Shown here: piece by piece, positions 1-26,094 of the stretch | Numbering within the stretch: position 1 is the stretch's first letter | Layout: each line of letters opens with the position of its first letter | NCBI GenBank assembly: GCA_963693365.1 | Contig: CAVNZM010000003.1 | Location: forward strand, 5,266,472-5,330,471 | Length of the DNA stretch: 64,000 nt | Origin: Amoebidium appalachense | Taxonomy: Eukaryota > Protista > Ichthyosporea | Direction: 5' to 3' | Translations under genes and position numbers: made by a program | The notes under the pieces: generated by a model | Database searches by the model: none | Told to the model about the DNA's origin: nothing | Seen by the model: only the letters and a program-made list of their open reading frames with translations

Positions 1-400
1 AATCCAATTGAAACCAGTAGTTTTTGCCTGATCCACAGGAACATGCGCATGTGCATATCCGTTGCCTTTTTTTGTGCTTATTTCATTTTATTGATTTTTT
101 TTGGAGAGGGGGATGGGGGGGGGGGGGAGGGGAGGATTTGCACTTCTATGTTTTTAGATAGAGTAGTGGCACGGGGTTCTTTAGTTAAGTTCGTCACCAA
201 TGCTGGTCCATATTTAGTTGTTTAAGTTAACCAGCCCACATTGTTTCAAGCCTTGTGTTTTCCTCTTTTCTCACAATCGATTCGTCCCCTTTCCGTATGT
301 ATGCCAGCCCTCGATTGCATTCCCTTTTCCCCCTTCTCCCGGCGACGTTTTAAGAGTCAAGTAGCCAAGTTTAAAAGTTTGAAACATTTTTACACCGTGT

Positions 401-428
401 TGTGTGTGTGTGTGGGTGGGTGGGTGCA

Positions 429-492
<64 letters not shown>

Positions 493-606
493 CATGTGCG
501 TGCGCGTGTGCGTGCGGGTGCGTGCGTGTGCGTGGGTGTGCGTGCGTGGGTGTGTGCGTGTGCGTGTGCGCGTGCGTGCGTGCGTGCGTGTGTGCGTGTG
601 TGCGTG

Positions 607-639
<33 letters not shown>

Positions 640-640
640 T
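401..640. repeat. Compound (TG)n/(TGCG)n microsatellite
   Basis: Read directly from the sequence. Representative of dozens of similar tracts in the window that generate the spurious CVCV/THTH ORFs. Confidence 0.95.
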
Positions 641-1127
641 TAGTGGGCAAGCTATGGCAGCCGACAAATACGACAGAATCGAAGCCCGGAGAGAAGTCAC
701 TTTGAGTTCTGTCTCTCTGCGGCCTCTCTGACATACCACGTTTGTAGCCGCAGCGTAGTAGACCTGGCCGCCTTACTTAAGCTAGCGGTACAAGCCTAGG
801 AGGCTATCCGTGAGAGCTAATATAGCCCGGAAGCTGAGTGAGTGACAGGGAGTGCGCATCATGGGGCCATAAATGCTCATCGTGTAGATCTAATACAGGT
901 TAGTATTAGAGCTGTAACGTCGACGTCGGCAAGTACTTGCCGCGCGCCGCGGTATCAAGCTTTGAACGGATAAGTTCACTGCGCATGGCGCCATGCACGA
1001 GTGCATTGAGTTTCAAGTTTTCCAGTTTTCCAAGCATCTTCTTTTGAAGGTAGTCAGACTGTACTCACACACAGCATCGGCTGAGTACACAACACGAGTA
1101 CATACATACAGCTTCATACGGCAGTAC

Positions 1128-1191
1128 CGTCACGGGCACGGCCATCTAGAAACACGGCCATCTAGAAACACCGATGGCCGTGCGTCACGGG
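1128..1191. mobile_element. Probable excision footprint or mini-remnant of a P-like element
   Basis: CGTCACGGG direct repeats (1128-1136, 1183-1191) flank two copies of CACGGCCATCTAGAAA (1137-1168), then CACC, then GATGGCCGTG (1173-1182), which is the inverse of CACGGCCATC. The 16-mer resembles the neighbouring TIR start CACGGCCCTCTGAAAA. Confidence 0.6.
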
Positions 1192-1264
1192 GCAAGTGAA
1201 GCCAACTTTTGGAAGGTGTGACGTCACAGCATTCCAGAGTATTTTGGGCTTTCCTGTACTTGAG

Positions 1265-1293
1265 CACGGCCCTCTGAAAAAAAGACGGCCTGG
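1265..1293 (+). repeat. Left terminal inverted repeat of the P-like element
   Basis: Exact reverse complement of 4972-5000. Confidence 0.97.
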
Positions 1294-1320
1294 CCGCAGA
1301 TCGGGGTCAAAAGAGCAGAT

Positions 1321-1343
1321 TGGTATTTCGATCCACTGGATTC
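1321..1343 (+). repeat. Subterminal 23-bp inverted repeat (partner at 4912-4934)
   Basis: TGGTATTTCGATCCACTGGATTC is the exact reverse complement of GAATCCAGTGGATCGAAATACCA. Confidence 0.92.
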
Positions 1344-1831
1344 GCCATGATTAGATACTCACAGCTATGTATGTGCGCAGATGAAGGAAAACGGAAGGAA
1401 AAAAAACGACAAAAGTTTATGAAGTGCTTCCTATGTTCTAGGGCGTTTTTTTGTCTTAGAGTAATATGCTAAAGCCCTATAGCACAAAGTTTTGACATAG
1501 TGTACATAATAGTGTAGCTGAGTCTCAGTATAGTTATATCTATTGAGTAGTTCACGTTTACACAAACACGGCCGTGAGCAAAGATCTACTACAAAACTAG
1601 AACTCATCTTTGCGTATATTCTCTCAAAGGTGTTTCTATCCACTAGGTAACTAGGTAACATAATACTACCTGTATGTTAAGTATTAGAACGTCTATGTCC
1701 TGCAACACTAACCACCAACCAATAAACACTGTGTAGCCCCCCCCCCCCCCCCCCCCCCCCGGGCAAACCCTCACACCTCTACCTACTGGCAAAAAAAGAA
1801 AAGAAAGGGTTAAAAAACACTGACAAAGCCG

Positions 1832-2439
1832 CTAGAGCTCTGCTTCCTCCAAATACGCTTCTACCATCCAATCGTACTCCGCCTCTGCTGCCTCCAGTGC
1901 AGCCACCAGCTCGTCATCGTTTCCCTCCATCTCCCACTCGACGGTAGGTGGTTCCGCCGTGGTTGTTTTGTTTTCACCTTTCTTTCCCTTCTTCCTCCCT
2001 TCGCCTCCCTTTTCCTCTGTTTTGCTCTCCTTTTTCTTCTTTGCTGGTTTTGTCGACGGCTTGCTCTGCTTGCTTCTCTGATTTTATAGACGTGGCCCCA
2101 GATGGTGTTGTTGTAGAGTGGGAGAATGGTCTCGATGGTGATCGTTTTGCGTTTGCTGTTGAGCGCCGTGTTCATGTTGTCGAACAGCTGTGTTACACTT
2201 GTGCCCGTCTGCACTGCCAGCTTTGCCAGCTTCTGCACCCGTATCCTTTTGACGGCCTGGAGAGTCTGTTCATAGAGGTGAGTTTATTGTGTGATTTGTG
2301 TATATATAGATGGCACGTGGCTATAAAAGTTATGACACACTATGGTGCGGGCACGCAAGCAGTGTATCATAGCATATCTTCGTGTGTACACACGCATGGT
2401 TTAGGTATATCTGCATCGGGTTGTGTATGTATGGTGTGT

Positions 2440-2499
<60 letters not shown>

Positions 2500-3293
2500 T
2501 GTATGTGTGTCTGTGTGTCTGTGTGTTTGTGTGTGTGTGCGTGCGTGTACGTGTGTGCATTTTTGCGGTTTGAGTTCAACAACCCCCCCCCCCCCCCCCC
2601 CCCCCTAATTTCATTTTTCGTTCAGTTTTCTTTGCACCCTTTCTTTTCACCACACTCCTTTTATCCTGATACCCCCCCCTCTCCCTCCCCTCCTCCTCCA
2701 ACCCCTTCTTCCGTCCCTGCCTCTCTCGCTATCCCCCCCCTCCCCCCCCCCCCCCCCCCCCCTTTTTTTTTTTCTCCTGATTATTTTATTCCCCGGGGCC
2801 ACCATGTCATGACACCACTATCCCATTATTAAGGTGAATCACCAAATCATCCTATATCTGTTCTGTCTCTATTCTTTGTAATGCTGTATGAATCATGTGT
2901 GTGTGATGTATCTCTTGTGTTTCACTGTGGCAGGCAGTGGGTGGGTGGCTGAGTAGGGTAGGGGTGGGGGGGGAGGGGGGGGGGGGGGATCCAGGAGGGG
3001 AGGGAGGTACTCCCACCTGTGCTGTCCCAACGTTGTAGTTCCCACCGCTGTACTGTCGGATTGTGCCAAAAGCACCCTCAAGGGGGGTTGGTTTGAAACT
3101 TTCTGGTGAGTACAAAGTTGAGCTTCTCGCCGCTCACGCCGCTGTCCAGGAGATAGCGGATGAAGCTGGCCTGCAAATAAAAAGTCAGCAAAATCTGTGT
3201 GGCACCACATTTGACTATGCTTGGCATGTGAAAAACCATATGGAAAAGCCCCCCCCCCCCCCCCCCCCCCCCCTCCCCACCCACCCGACACAG

Positions 3294-3328
<35 letters not shown>

Positions 3329-3411
3329 CACACAAACACACTGATGCGCGCGCAGACACACACACGTGTCACACACACACACACACACAGTGTCACACAC
3401 AGACACACAAA

Positions 3412-3482
<71 letters not shown>

Positions 3483-4815
3483 CAGTGACACACACTTTAT
3501 GCCGGTCGACTCATGTGACATCGTGTGTTGGGGGGGGGGGGGGGGAGGGGGTGAGGGGGGTGTTTATCTATCCAGTCAAGGGGAGGGGGAAGAAGGGGGG
3601 TGGGGGGGTGGGGGGGCTGCTTATTTCTCAACGCAATAGAAATGAATAAGTCTCACGTGTTTGGGGGGGGGGGGGGGGGGGGGGAGGGTATGGAGGGGGG
3701 TTCAAGATTGAAATTTTCGGTTTATTCTGTTGTTTCGTGTACGAAGGGGGATGTGGTGGTGCTATGGCGCGACCATGGTGGAGAGAGAGAATGGGGGGGG
3801 AGGGGGGGGGGGGGGGGGGGAGGGGGGGGGGAGGCTGTGTTGTTTAGTGCACGAGGGCTGGGAAGAGGGCACACCGGAGGGGATTTTGGAATTTCAGTGT
3901 TTTTCATCCTCCTTTCTGCCTTTTTTTTTTTTTTTTTTGGGGGGGGGGGGGGGGGAGGGGGTGAGGGGGAGCGGCATGAGGACATTGGAGGGGATTTTGA
4001 GGGGGGGGGGGGGGGGGGTACCATTGTCTTGCTCGTAAACGCCAGCGACCACTGCGTTTCCTCCGTAAAACCCCCCTCGCCAGTGGGCATGCCCACCAGT
4101 GGGCATGCTCACCACCCACTCAGCGAATTTCTCCAGCCAAATCAGCCGCTGGTCACTGCTGCTGGTGAATGCAGCACACCATGGGTCCATTTTGCGCGCC
4201 GCATACGTGGTGGTGCCGATGTTCATAAGCTTCCACCACCGTGCGATTTGTTTTAGGAAGTTTGGGGTGAACTTAAACAGGGGTTTATCGACCACGTGGT
4301 TGTCGAGCGCAGCAATGGTGGACTCGTGGAACACAGCCAAAGCTGGCCCCACCTTCTGCTTGTCGAAGTTGTTGGGCCAGAGAACGGTGGGTGTGAGTTT
4401 GAAGGCCTCCTTGAGTGCCTGCCCGCGTTCAGACTCGTAGATAGTCTGCATATGCCGAAAACATGCCGTCCCCCCCTCGAGTGAGAGATCGATGTTTTGA
4501 CCGTTGATCTCCCACACAAAAGTGAACCCACTGCGGGTCGAAGTTCTCAGGCCACTGCCTCGGCACAGCACGTAGCCACGCACTGAGAAGTTTCCGTATT
4601 TCTTCGCGTAGTGTCTCGCTTTTAATGCGCCCGTCGTTTGGGTTGGGGAATGTGTAAACGAAAACCTTGTTTTGGTCGTCGTAGTTGCCTCTGCAGCCTG
4701 GAACACTGCATATGTTACCGACTTTGTTGCTACGCAGACCGTTACTCCTATTCTTATCCATTCCAGGCGCGGGAGGAGCAGCTCCCTCCATAGGGCCAGT
4801 CCCGCCGTCAGCCAT
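1832..4815 (-). pseudogene. THAP-domain P-element-type transposase, disrupted; 2 introns (4021-3171 and 3016-2266)
   Basis: Motifs in order: THAP start CSVPGC..YTFP..W..VPR; ACFRHMQTIYESE..AFKLTPTVLWPNNFDKQKV..ALAVF (GTP-binding insertion region); FTEETQWSLAFT; FVLTRKFQTNP/LEGAFGTIRQYSGGNYNV (catalytic Glu motif); acidic tail. Both GT-AG introns join in frame. Lesions: out-of-frame deletion junction near 4530, 16-bp duplication at 4080-4111, extra C near 3082-3087, and a probable frameshift in the last exon. Confidence 0.9.
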
Positions 4816-4971
4816 GTTACCGATGTCTCCGTCTTTGAACCCAAAAAAAGCGAGACGTAAACGAAAAACAACAACATACATGTTCTGTGCCGACATCTCG
4901 TTTTAGGGCCGGAATCCAGTGGATCGAAATACCACGAGCACAATGGAATGCGACTTTATGACGTAGTGTAT

Positions 4972-5000
4972 CCAGGCCGTCTTTTTTTCAGAGGGCCGTG
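4972..5000 (-). repeat. Right terminal inverted repeat of the P-like element
   Basis: CCAGGCCGTCTTTTTTTCAGAGGGCCGTG followed by the TSD ACTTGAG. Confidence 0.97.
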
Positions 5001-6188
5001 ACTTGAGCCTTGGTAATCGATGTCAAGGAACCAATCGTAGCGCGAGACAAAGTATCCGGTGATTGGCTATCACGTTCTTTGCTGTAATGCAGCCGGGGTC
5101 CGGGTGCGTCCATGGCACAAGTACAAAAGAGAAAAAAATAAGGGTACCGGGGTATCTGATGTTTGGTCTTTTCCTGCACCATCCTGCAAAATCATACAAC
5201 TTCAGCAATGCGTGGGTGCGATTTCACTCCCCATGTCGAAACTATTTCAGATTGCATTCCTGTCTCCTCGAAGTCCACCTACGTCACCAAGTCCATTCGA
5301 CCAATCGCATAATTACTTGGAAACCCATATCAGGAAATGCGAAATCACTAAAAAAAGGTCGGAACTTGCGCCGTGACGTCAGAGGCCGCGCCGATCGCGA
5401 CGTCGTGCGCAAAAAACCGGATTGTGCCAATTAAAACATACCAGTAATAACTAAGTTTGTCAAGATTACCACACCCTAGACTCCGTGACAGTGGGGTGTG
5501 ATATTTTGCACGCAGTCCTTCTCCTTGACTTGGCTGTCTTCAAGTGTCTTGACAGCGACACAGCGTGACTTTCGAGAGTCAAAACATCATTTTGAAAACA
5601 TCGTTTTCAATATAACTATAAATTTATACTCTCAAATAAGATTATGAAAGTTCATTTTTGGAGTGGAAAGTTTAGTATTGTTACCTTTCTAGCGGCTGCT
5701 TCTCCATAATCATGAAAGCTCATCGTAACATTTATCGTGTAGTGTAGGGAGATCCGATCATTCGCGGCTCAGGATGATGCGCTGAACGCCAATAGGAATC
5801 ACGAATAGATTTTTTCGCATTATTGCATAGATCATTTGTGTAGATGATTCGTGGTGACCATGTCAAGACGAGTAAAAAAGTCTCAACGTGTGTACTATTG
5901 ACTCAGTTGGACTCTATTTCTGAACATATACAAACGTTGTGCCAAGAATTACACCAATTGGCTCAGAGCTAAAACTTTCGACATCTATGTGCAAACCACC
6001 AACCAAAACGCAGAGGTTCTCCCCTTTCTTCGGCTTTAAACTTGTCCTGAGCTTGTCGCAAACAGCTTCGAAACGGACGCCGATAAATATCATTTCAAAA
6101 GCCTTCTATTGTAACTTCAAAGTTGATACACCCAGCCCGCTTGCCTGTTACACTTACACACTTAACGTTTCTATAGGGGATTTGAGAA

Positions 6189-6761
6189 ATGGCCCCCATA
6201 CTTAGCTTCAAACGGCAACTGTATGCTGTAGTAACCACCTCTTTTTTCTTCCTTACACTCTGTGCCCACGCAGCATCGCTCCTGACTTCAGGCACCGCAA
6301 AGCCAACATGCGGGGATCTCAGCAACATAGGTTTTCTGGAACGTTTGACTACTCCAGACACGACACACAACCCATACGAAGAACATCGTTTTGCCTGGAC
6401 ACTCCCGACCGGAATCCTTCCTGGCCGTCAATTTGAGGTCATATTCTGCATGACTTCCTTTCCTGTTGATCCTTCCGGACACATCACACCCGCCACACAG
6501 TGTTCGTCTCAAAAAACGTGGGACGGGACAGTCGTAAGTGCGTTTGTGCCTGTTCCTGTAGCCAGCTGCAGGCGTCATTTTACTGTTCAGTACAAAATGG
6601 ATGGGTGCCCCCCTGGGCAGGTAACACAGCGTATCTTGGGTCCCCCTGGCAGGAAAATTCCTGCGGTTTGCAGTGCAATTGGGCCGTATAGGATGGCCGA
6701 CTCTGAAAGGATGATTCTTTGGCACAAGCAGACAAGGCGGCCCAACATGAAGGCGTCGTGA
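6189..6761 (+). CDS. Hypothetical 190-aa protein, possibly secreted and Cys-containing
   Basis: Non-repetitive ORF. N-terminal basic then hydrophobic stretch (YAVVTTSFFFLTLCAHA) resembles a signal peptide, and there are several spaced Cys. No family recognised. Confidence 0.3.
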   Translation: MAPILSFKRQLYAVVTTSFFFLTLCAHAASLLTSGTAKPTCGDLSNIGFLERLTTPDTTHNPYEEHRFAWTLPTGILPGRQFEVIFCMTSFPVDPSGHITPATQCSSQKTWDGTVVSAFVPVPVASCRRHFTVQYKMDGCPPGQVTQRILGPPGRKIPAVCSAIGPYRMADSERMILWHKQTRRPNMKAS

Positions 6762-7737
6762 TAGTCTTGATAACCGCCTTTGAATTGACGGTGTATTAAA
6801 TATGTGTGCATACATAGTGTAACAGTGATTTTGCAAACTTTTCTGCGGTTCCGTGCGTTATGGATTTCGAAAAGGTGTACATAATAACGTCCGCTTTTGC
6901 TGTTTCCCCACCCACGAGTCTAAGAGCACATGGTGTGAAGCAAAATGGCAAACAAAAGCCGTAGGATGTACGTACTGATGTATGTGGAGTTGTTTTTGCT
7001 TAGCCTTTCTAAGCGGAGTTGTTATTTGCTTTCAAAGCCTCTCAGAGAAACCACATGAACAAATCTCATGATACTGTAGCCTACTTTCTCCAGTGATGCC
7101 ACATCCCTCCTATATGATAGTGTGATTAATTACAAGCTCTATATCTGCTTGACTGTGTGCCATGTATGCCCTCAGTGTTGTTCTCTCTCGGCGTATCACT
7201 CGGCTGCCTGGGAGTTTGTGCACACCGGTGTAACAGTATAATAATATACCTCGTAAGCATTAGGCGCTTGTATGACACGGTGATTCACACAAGCTTGTAT
7301 GCGTAGGCATGTAAACTGCGGCCCGTCACTTTGTACCAGCCTGCATTCTGAAATTAGCCCATACATAGACAATCCTGCTTGTTTTGCCTCTTTTGTACAA
7401 AAACTTATCCGTAGCCTTTCCTTTTTTTCTTTTTTTTTGGCAAGGACAAACTTTCTCGTTGCACTCCTGTGATCATCAAAATGATGGCAGCAATGAAGAT
7501 TTCTTAAACAAGGTGGTGATGCAAACACTTTGGCTATGATGTTTTTGAGATGTTTGCTGTGGTGGAGTTTAATAAAAAATATATACGTTTGCACGCGTGC
7601 CCCATCGCAATTCCATGTGACTCTGTGTACCCAGTGGGCCAACGCCCATGTATGTGTTCTGTAGTGACGAAAATCTATGATGGATCATGCGCTGAGCTGA
7701 TGAACGCTGGGACCAGGTGTTCGCTGGTGTGTGATTG

Positions 7738-7795
<58 letters not shown>

Positions 7796-7873
7796 GTGTG
7801 TCCATTCGCTCTTGTTGAGAATTTGTGTGCTAATGAGCATTGTGTGTTAGAAAGCCCATCCGTTTGTCGGCAG

Positions 7874-8138
7874 AGTCAACCTGCTCCGAGCAGAATTAAT
7901 CTGCAAAAAGAGGATGATTTGAGCAGAACTTTTCTGCAAACCCAGAAATATTCTGCTAGAATTAGAAGATTGATTAGACTTAGAAGCAAAATTTTTGTCG
8001 GCTCGCGGCAGCCGAATAAACTTGCTCGAAGCAAGAACACTATGCTTTCTGCAAATGCTGCTTTGTGCAGAAGAACAGTTCTGCGTTTAGCAGACTTGAA
8101 TTCTGATTCTGCAGAGTCATACTCGGAGCAACTTGACT
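7874..8138. mobile_element. Possible MITE / fold-back element (~265 bp)
   Basis: Ends AGTCAACCTGCTCCGAG (7874-7890) and CTCGGAGCAACTTGACT (8122-8138) are inverted at 15/17 positions. The interior has many GCAGA/TCTGC inverted motifs. No clear TSD. Confidence 0.45.
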
Positions 8139-8454
8139 TGGCCGATGCGGTTGGGCCTTTTACGGTGTGCGCACCTGCCTCTTAGTCATATAAACGAGTC
8201 AACAGCTGTGTGGCCCTATTGATGAATTCGAATGCAAAGTGCATGTGGATGTCGATGCACACGTCTTGTGTTGGTGATGGTGGAGAGGGTTGTGCGGGTA
8301 CGTGGCAGGGTGTGTGAGTACAGCAGGGGGAGTGAGTAGTGAGTGAGCCTCAGAGTGAGTGTGTGTTTGTGCGTGTACATGTGTGCGTTCGTGTGCACGT
8401 ACGTGCTTGCGTGTCTGCGGGTGCGCGCGCGCACGTGTGTGCGTGTGTGCGTGC

Positions 8455-8486
<32 letters not shown>

Positions 8487-8766
8487 TGAAGTGTGTGTGT
8501 GTGTGTGTGTGTGTGTTTATGTGTTTGTGTGCGTGTGTGCGTTGTGCGTGTGTGGGTGGGTGGGGGGGGGGGGGGGGGGGGGGGGGGAGGGGGGGAGGGG
8601 GGATTGAAATGCTAATTTGAACCTTTTAAGTCCGTTTTCATGCTTTGGCAACCCCCCCCCCCCCCCCCCCTCCCCCCCCCTCCCCCCTCCAATTAAAAGC
8701 CTAACCCCTGAGAAGATTTAAAATGAAACGAAAAGAGGGGGGAAAGAGAAAGAAAAAACAACGAGG

Positions 8767-8840
<74 letters not shown>

Positions 8841-10137
8841 GGCCTTCTCCCATCTCTTGAATTCGAAGAGTCAGCTTTCCGGGATCTCCCTTGCATGACC
8901 TCGGCGAGGTCTCGTGCATTCGGTCACATGTGCAAGTGTACACTCGCCATCACCAAGTTGAACCCACATACGTACACGTGCTCATGTATAGATGGTAATC
9001 AGCCCCTTGTGAAAACGAGCACGGATATATTTAGGCCAGCTGTTATCCTCTCCCGAGGAAAGAGGGAAACAACCAAGGCAGAATATATAGTATGTAACAG
9101 CACTAGTGCTAGCGTATAGGAGACGTGGGAAATCACACGAATAGATTGGTAAATGCAAGTGGGGAAGCGAGGAAAACCTTGAAGACTCCCACCGGAGTGC
9201 CCGACACGGTGCCTACCGTAGTACCACCGTGAGCCAATCCAACAATTGCGCGCCAAAAGTAGAAAATATAGCTAAATAAGGCTATTAAATAACCATGTAT
9301 GGGGTAATCTGTATACCTAATATGGTAACCAAAATTGGCATGCCCCGAATTTCCTGGCTGCTACCGCACTGCTACGCCCGTTTCCAAGGTTTTTCGAGTG
9401 GCTGCCACAACTTGAAGGTGTCTACATCACGGAAACATCTAACAAGCCATGTTTCGGGGTCTTAGCTGTGTTCGTGCTTTTTTGTTTCTTGGTGTTCCTG
9501 TGCGTCTAGGAGCACAAAAAGCTTACATTCCAGACCGCACGGTTCAGAAGGTAACCCTCCCCTCCTCCACTCCCCCCTCCCCCCCCCGGGGCGCAACCCC
9601 CACCCCCCCCCCCCCCCCACCACCCCCCGCCCCCATCCCTCCATCACCCTCCCCCTCCCCCCCCCCCCCCCCCTCCCCTCCCCCCCCCCCACCAGCACGC
9701 ACCCACCCTTCCCTACCCCCCGTCCCCCCGGGGCAGCTTTAACCACAACTTGGGGAACCCCTTTCCCCCTTGTTGGATTCTCCATCCTGCTCACCTTTCG
9801 CTATGGAACATGTGCTTGAGCTAACTTATCACCGTTTCAAAAGTCTGAGCACCATGCAGATGCACGCAAGAAAACGCTTCAGCATTCAAGTAGCCTACAA
9901 ACATCCTGACAAAAGTGGGCATTGAACTTGCTTGAAAAGGTCAAATTTATCGAGGAGATAGCATGTCAAGGTGAGCCCCTCTCAATAATCACGGGTAATC
10001 CTTCCTTACAGGCCACTCTGCACGCCTTATCTCGCCTTGTGTGCCCTGTTGCGCTATATCCGGCCACCATCACCCGTCCTTTCTGTTCTGCCCCAACTCC
10101 TCCGAGTCAACATCACATTCAAGCATCCACATCCAAA

Positions 10138-24120
<13,983 letters not shown>

Positions 24121-24810
24121 GATAGCTATAGATCAAGTGGGAATATCATAATGTGCAGACAGTATTACCACCACACGTGTAAGCAAAGTTTGTAATTATT
24201 ACTGAAAACGACTTTGTTACTGTGAACCTGAAAGTGGTTCTCCATTACAGTGCTTGTACACTATTCTATGAAGCCAACGATCAACTTGTTGCAACTAAAT
24301 ATTACCTGGCATGCTCGGGGAAAAAAGCGCAAAGGCTGGCAGGCTCCAGCGCTATATAGGCACAACTGTGTACAGATAAATAAGTATGTAACTCCCTGTG
24401 TTCTTGCTTACACCTACTTTTTTTTGTTGTTCTGTTATTCCATATATTCCTACTTTTTTTTGTTCTATTATTCCTGCTTCCTTTGTTCCTGGATTTTTAT
24501 TGTTCTGTTATTCCATATTCCTACTTTTTTCTATTGTTCCTAATTTTTTTATATATTTATTGCACAAGCAACGTTCATGTGCACGGTGACGCCAGCGGCT
24601 GCCGCGGGAGTCTTAAAAGCTCAGTTGGTGTTCGTGGTTCCCGTGCATGCTGCGCATGCTGGGCAAAAAAAAAAAAAAAAAAAAAAAAAAGGTTTGCACA
24701 TGTACAGCACGTGGTAGAGAAAGGGACACGAACACGAAAAGGACAGACATTCAAGAATTCTATAAATCTGGTTTGATTGGTTTGTTAATTTCATGCAGCT
24801 CCATTAAATG

Positions 24811-24893
24811 CTCATTGTTTATAGTCATGTCTCTAAAATACTCGTTGTTTATAGTCATGTCTCTGAAATACTCATTGTTTATAGTCATATCTC
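24811..24893. repeat. 30-bp tandem repeat, ~2.8 copies
   Basis: CTCATTGTTTATAGTCATGTCTCTAAAATA and near-identical variants at 24811, 24841 and 24871. Confidence 0.9.
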
Positions 24894-25364
24894 AGCAGTG
24901 TGACTCCGAGTCGCCAAGCATCAACGTTTACGTTTGTCTACCAACTTGAATGTACCTGAGAGCATGGCGCCTAAGTGTACATATATAGTTATTATGTAGT
25001 TTACATACTAGTATACGTATATAAACTTGTGCCGTCTTACTAGCTGTCCCTCGTATGTAGCTACCAAATTTATGTTGATCACTATCATGTCTTAGCACTT
25101 CATAGCTGCGCATTATACATTGTTGCTTGTCGGGGTCGCTTGATAAGTTTTCCTGACCAAAAGAGTCTGAAAGCGCGCTACCAAATTATCAAGAATCATG
25201 TTCCATCACTCATAAGTCTGGAAGAAGTTGAAGCTTCTTGCGAGGTTAAACATGGCATCTTCTTCAGGCACGACGGGTTTCTTCGACCAAGAGGCTGTAA
25301 GTGTGTCTTGGTTCGAGAAGTGGGATGGTGAGAAAAAGGCTGAACATAACATGCAGCTGGGCTG

Positions 25365-25433
<69 letters not shown>

Positions 25434-26053
25434 AGCGCGCGCGCATGCACGTGTGTGCGTGTGTGTGCGCGTTTGTGTGCGTGTGCGTGCGTGTGCGTAT
25501 ACGCACGGACGTGTGTGCGTTGCTACGTGCATGTATTGTGGACGTGTGCGTTGTGCGTGTGTGCGTGCGGGCGTACGGGCATGTGTTTGCGTGCGTGCTT
25601 GCGTTTACGTGTGCGCGCGAATGCGTGTGTGCGTGGGTGTGTGCGTGTGTTGTGCGTCCGTGCGCACGTACGAGAGAGTTAACGTGCGTGAACGTGCTTG
25701 CATGCGTACATATATAGGTGCTTGCCCATACGCAGTTTCGAATACTATCGTTTGCCCACAATGACTTCTCCTTACACCCACCCCACTTGCTGCTCGTCAC
25801 ATTTCTAGAATTATTTTGTGGTTCATGTAGCCAGCCTGCATTTTTGAAAGTGCCCATGCGGCGTCACAGTGACGTACTGTTTATTTGCAGCAACTAAAAA
25901 GGGCAATCAAGCACGAGAACATCAAGGCTGTGCTTGCTTACGCCACCACACAAGATGGATCACCAGTTCTTTATTCGGTGAGTCTTATTGAGGGTACAAT
26001 GTGCCATCTTGCGTTTGGCTTTATCGTGCTAAGTGGTTGCCAATGCTTTTTGT

Positions 26054-26094
<41 letters not shown>

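Larger units (their letters stand above)
1265..5000 (-). mobile_element. P-superfamily (THAP9-like) DNA transposon, non-autonomous deletion derivative, 3736 bp
   Basis: Perfect 29-bp TIRs CACGGCCCTCTGAAAAAAAGACGGCCTGG (1265-1293 and 4972-5000) with 5'-CA...TG-3' termini. 7-bp TSD ACTTGAG (1258-1264 and 5001-5007). THAP and P-transposase motifs inside. Confidence 0.95.

Noticed and set aside
918-942. Palindromes ACGTCGACGT and CGGCAAGTACTTGCCG
   Set aside because: Real but isolated; no linked structure that I can support.
9922-10137. N-terminal extension of FAM172A from the TTG start in the ORF track
   Set aside because: ATG 10138 has a good context (AAAATGG) and the composition changes there; the upstream part looks like UTR or promoter.
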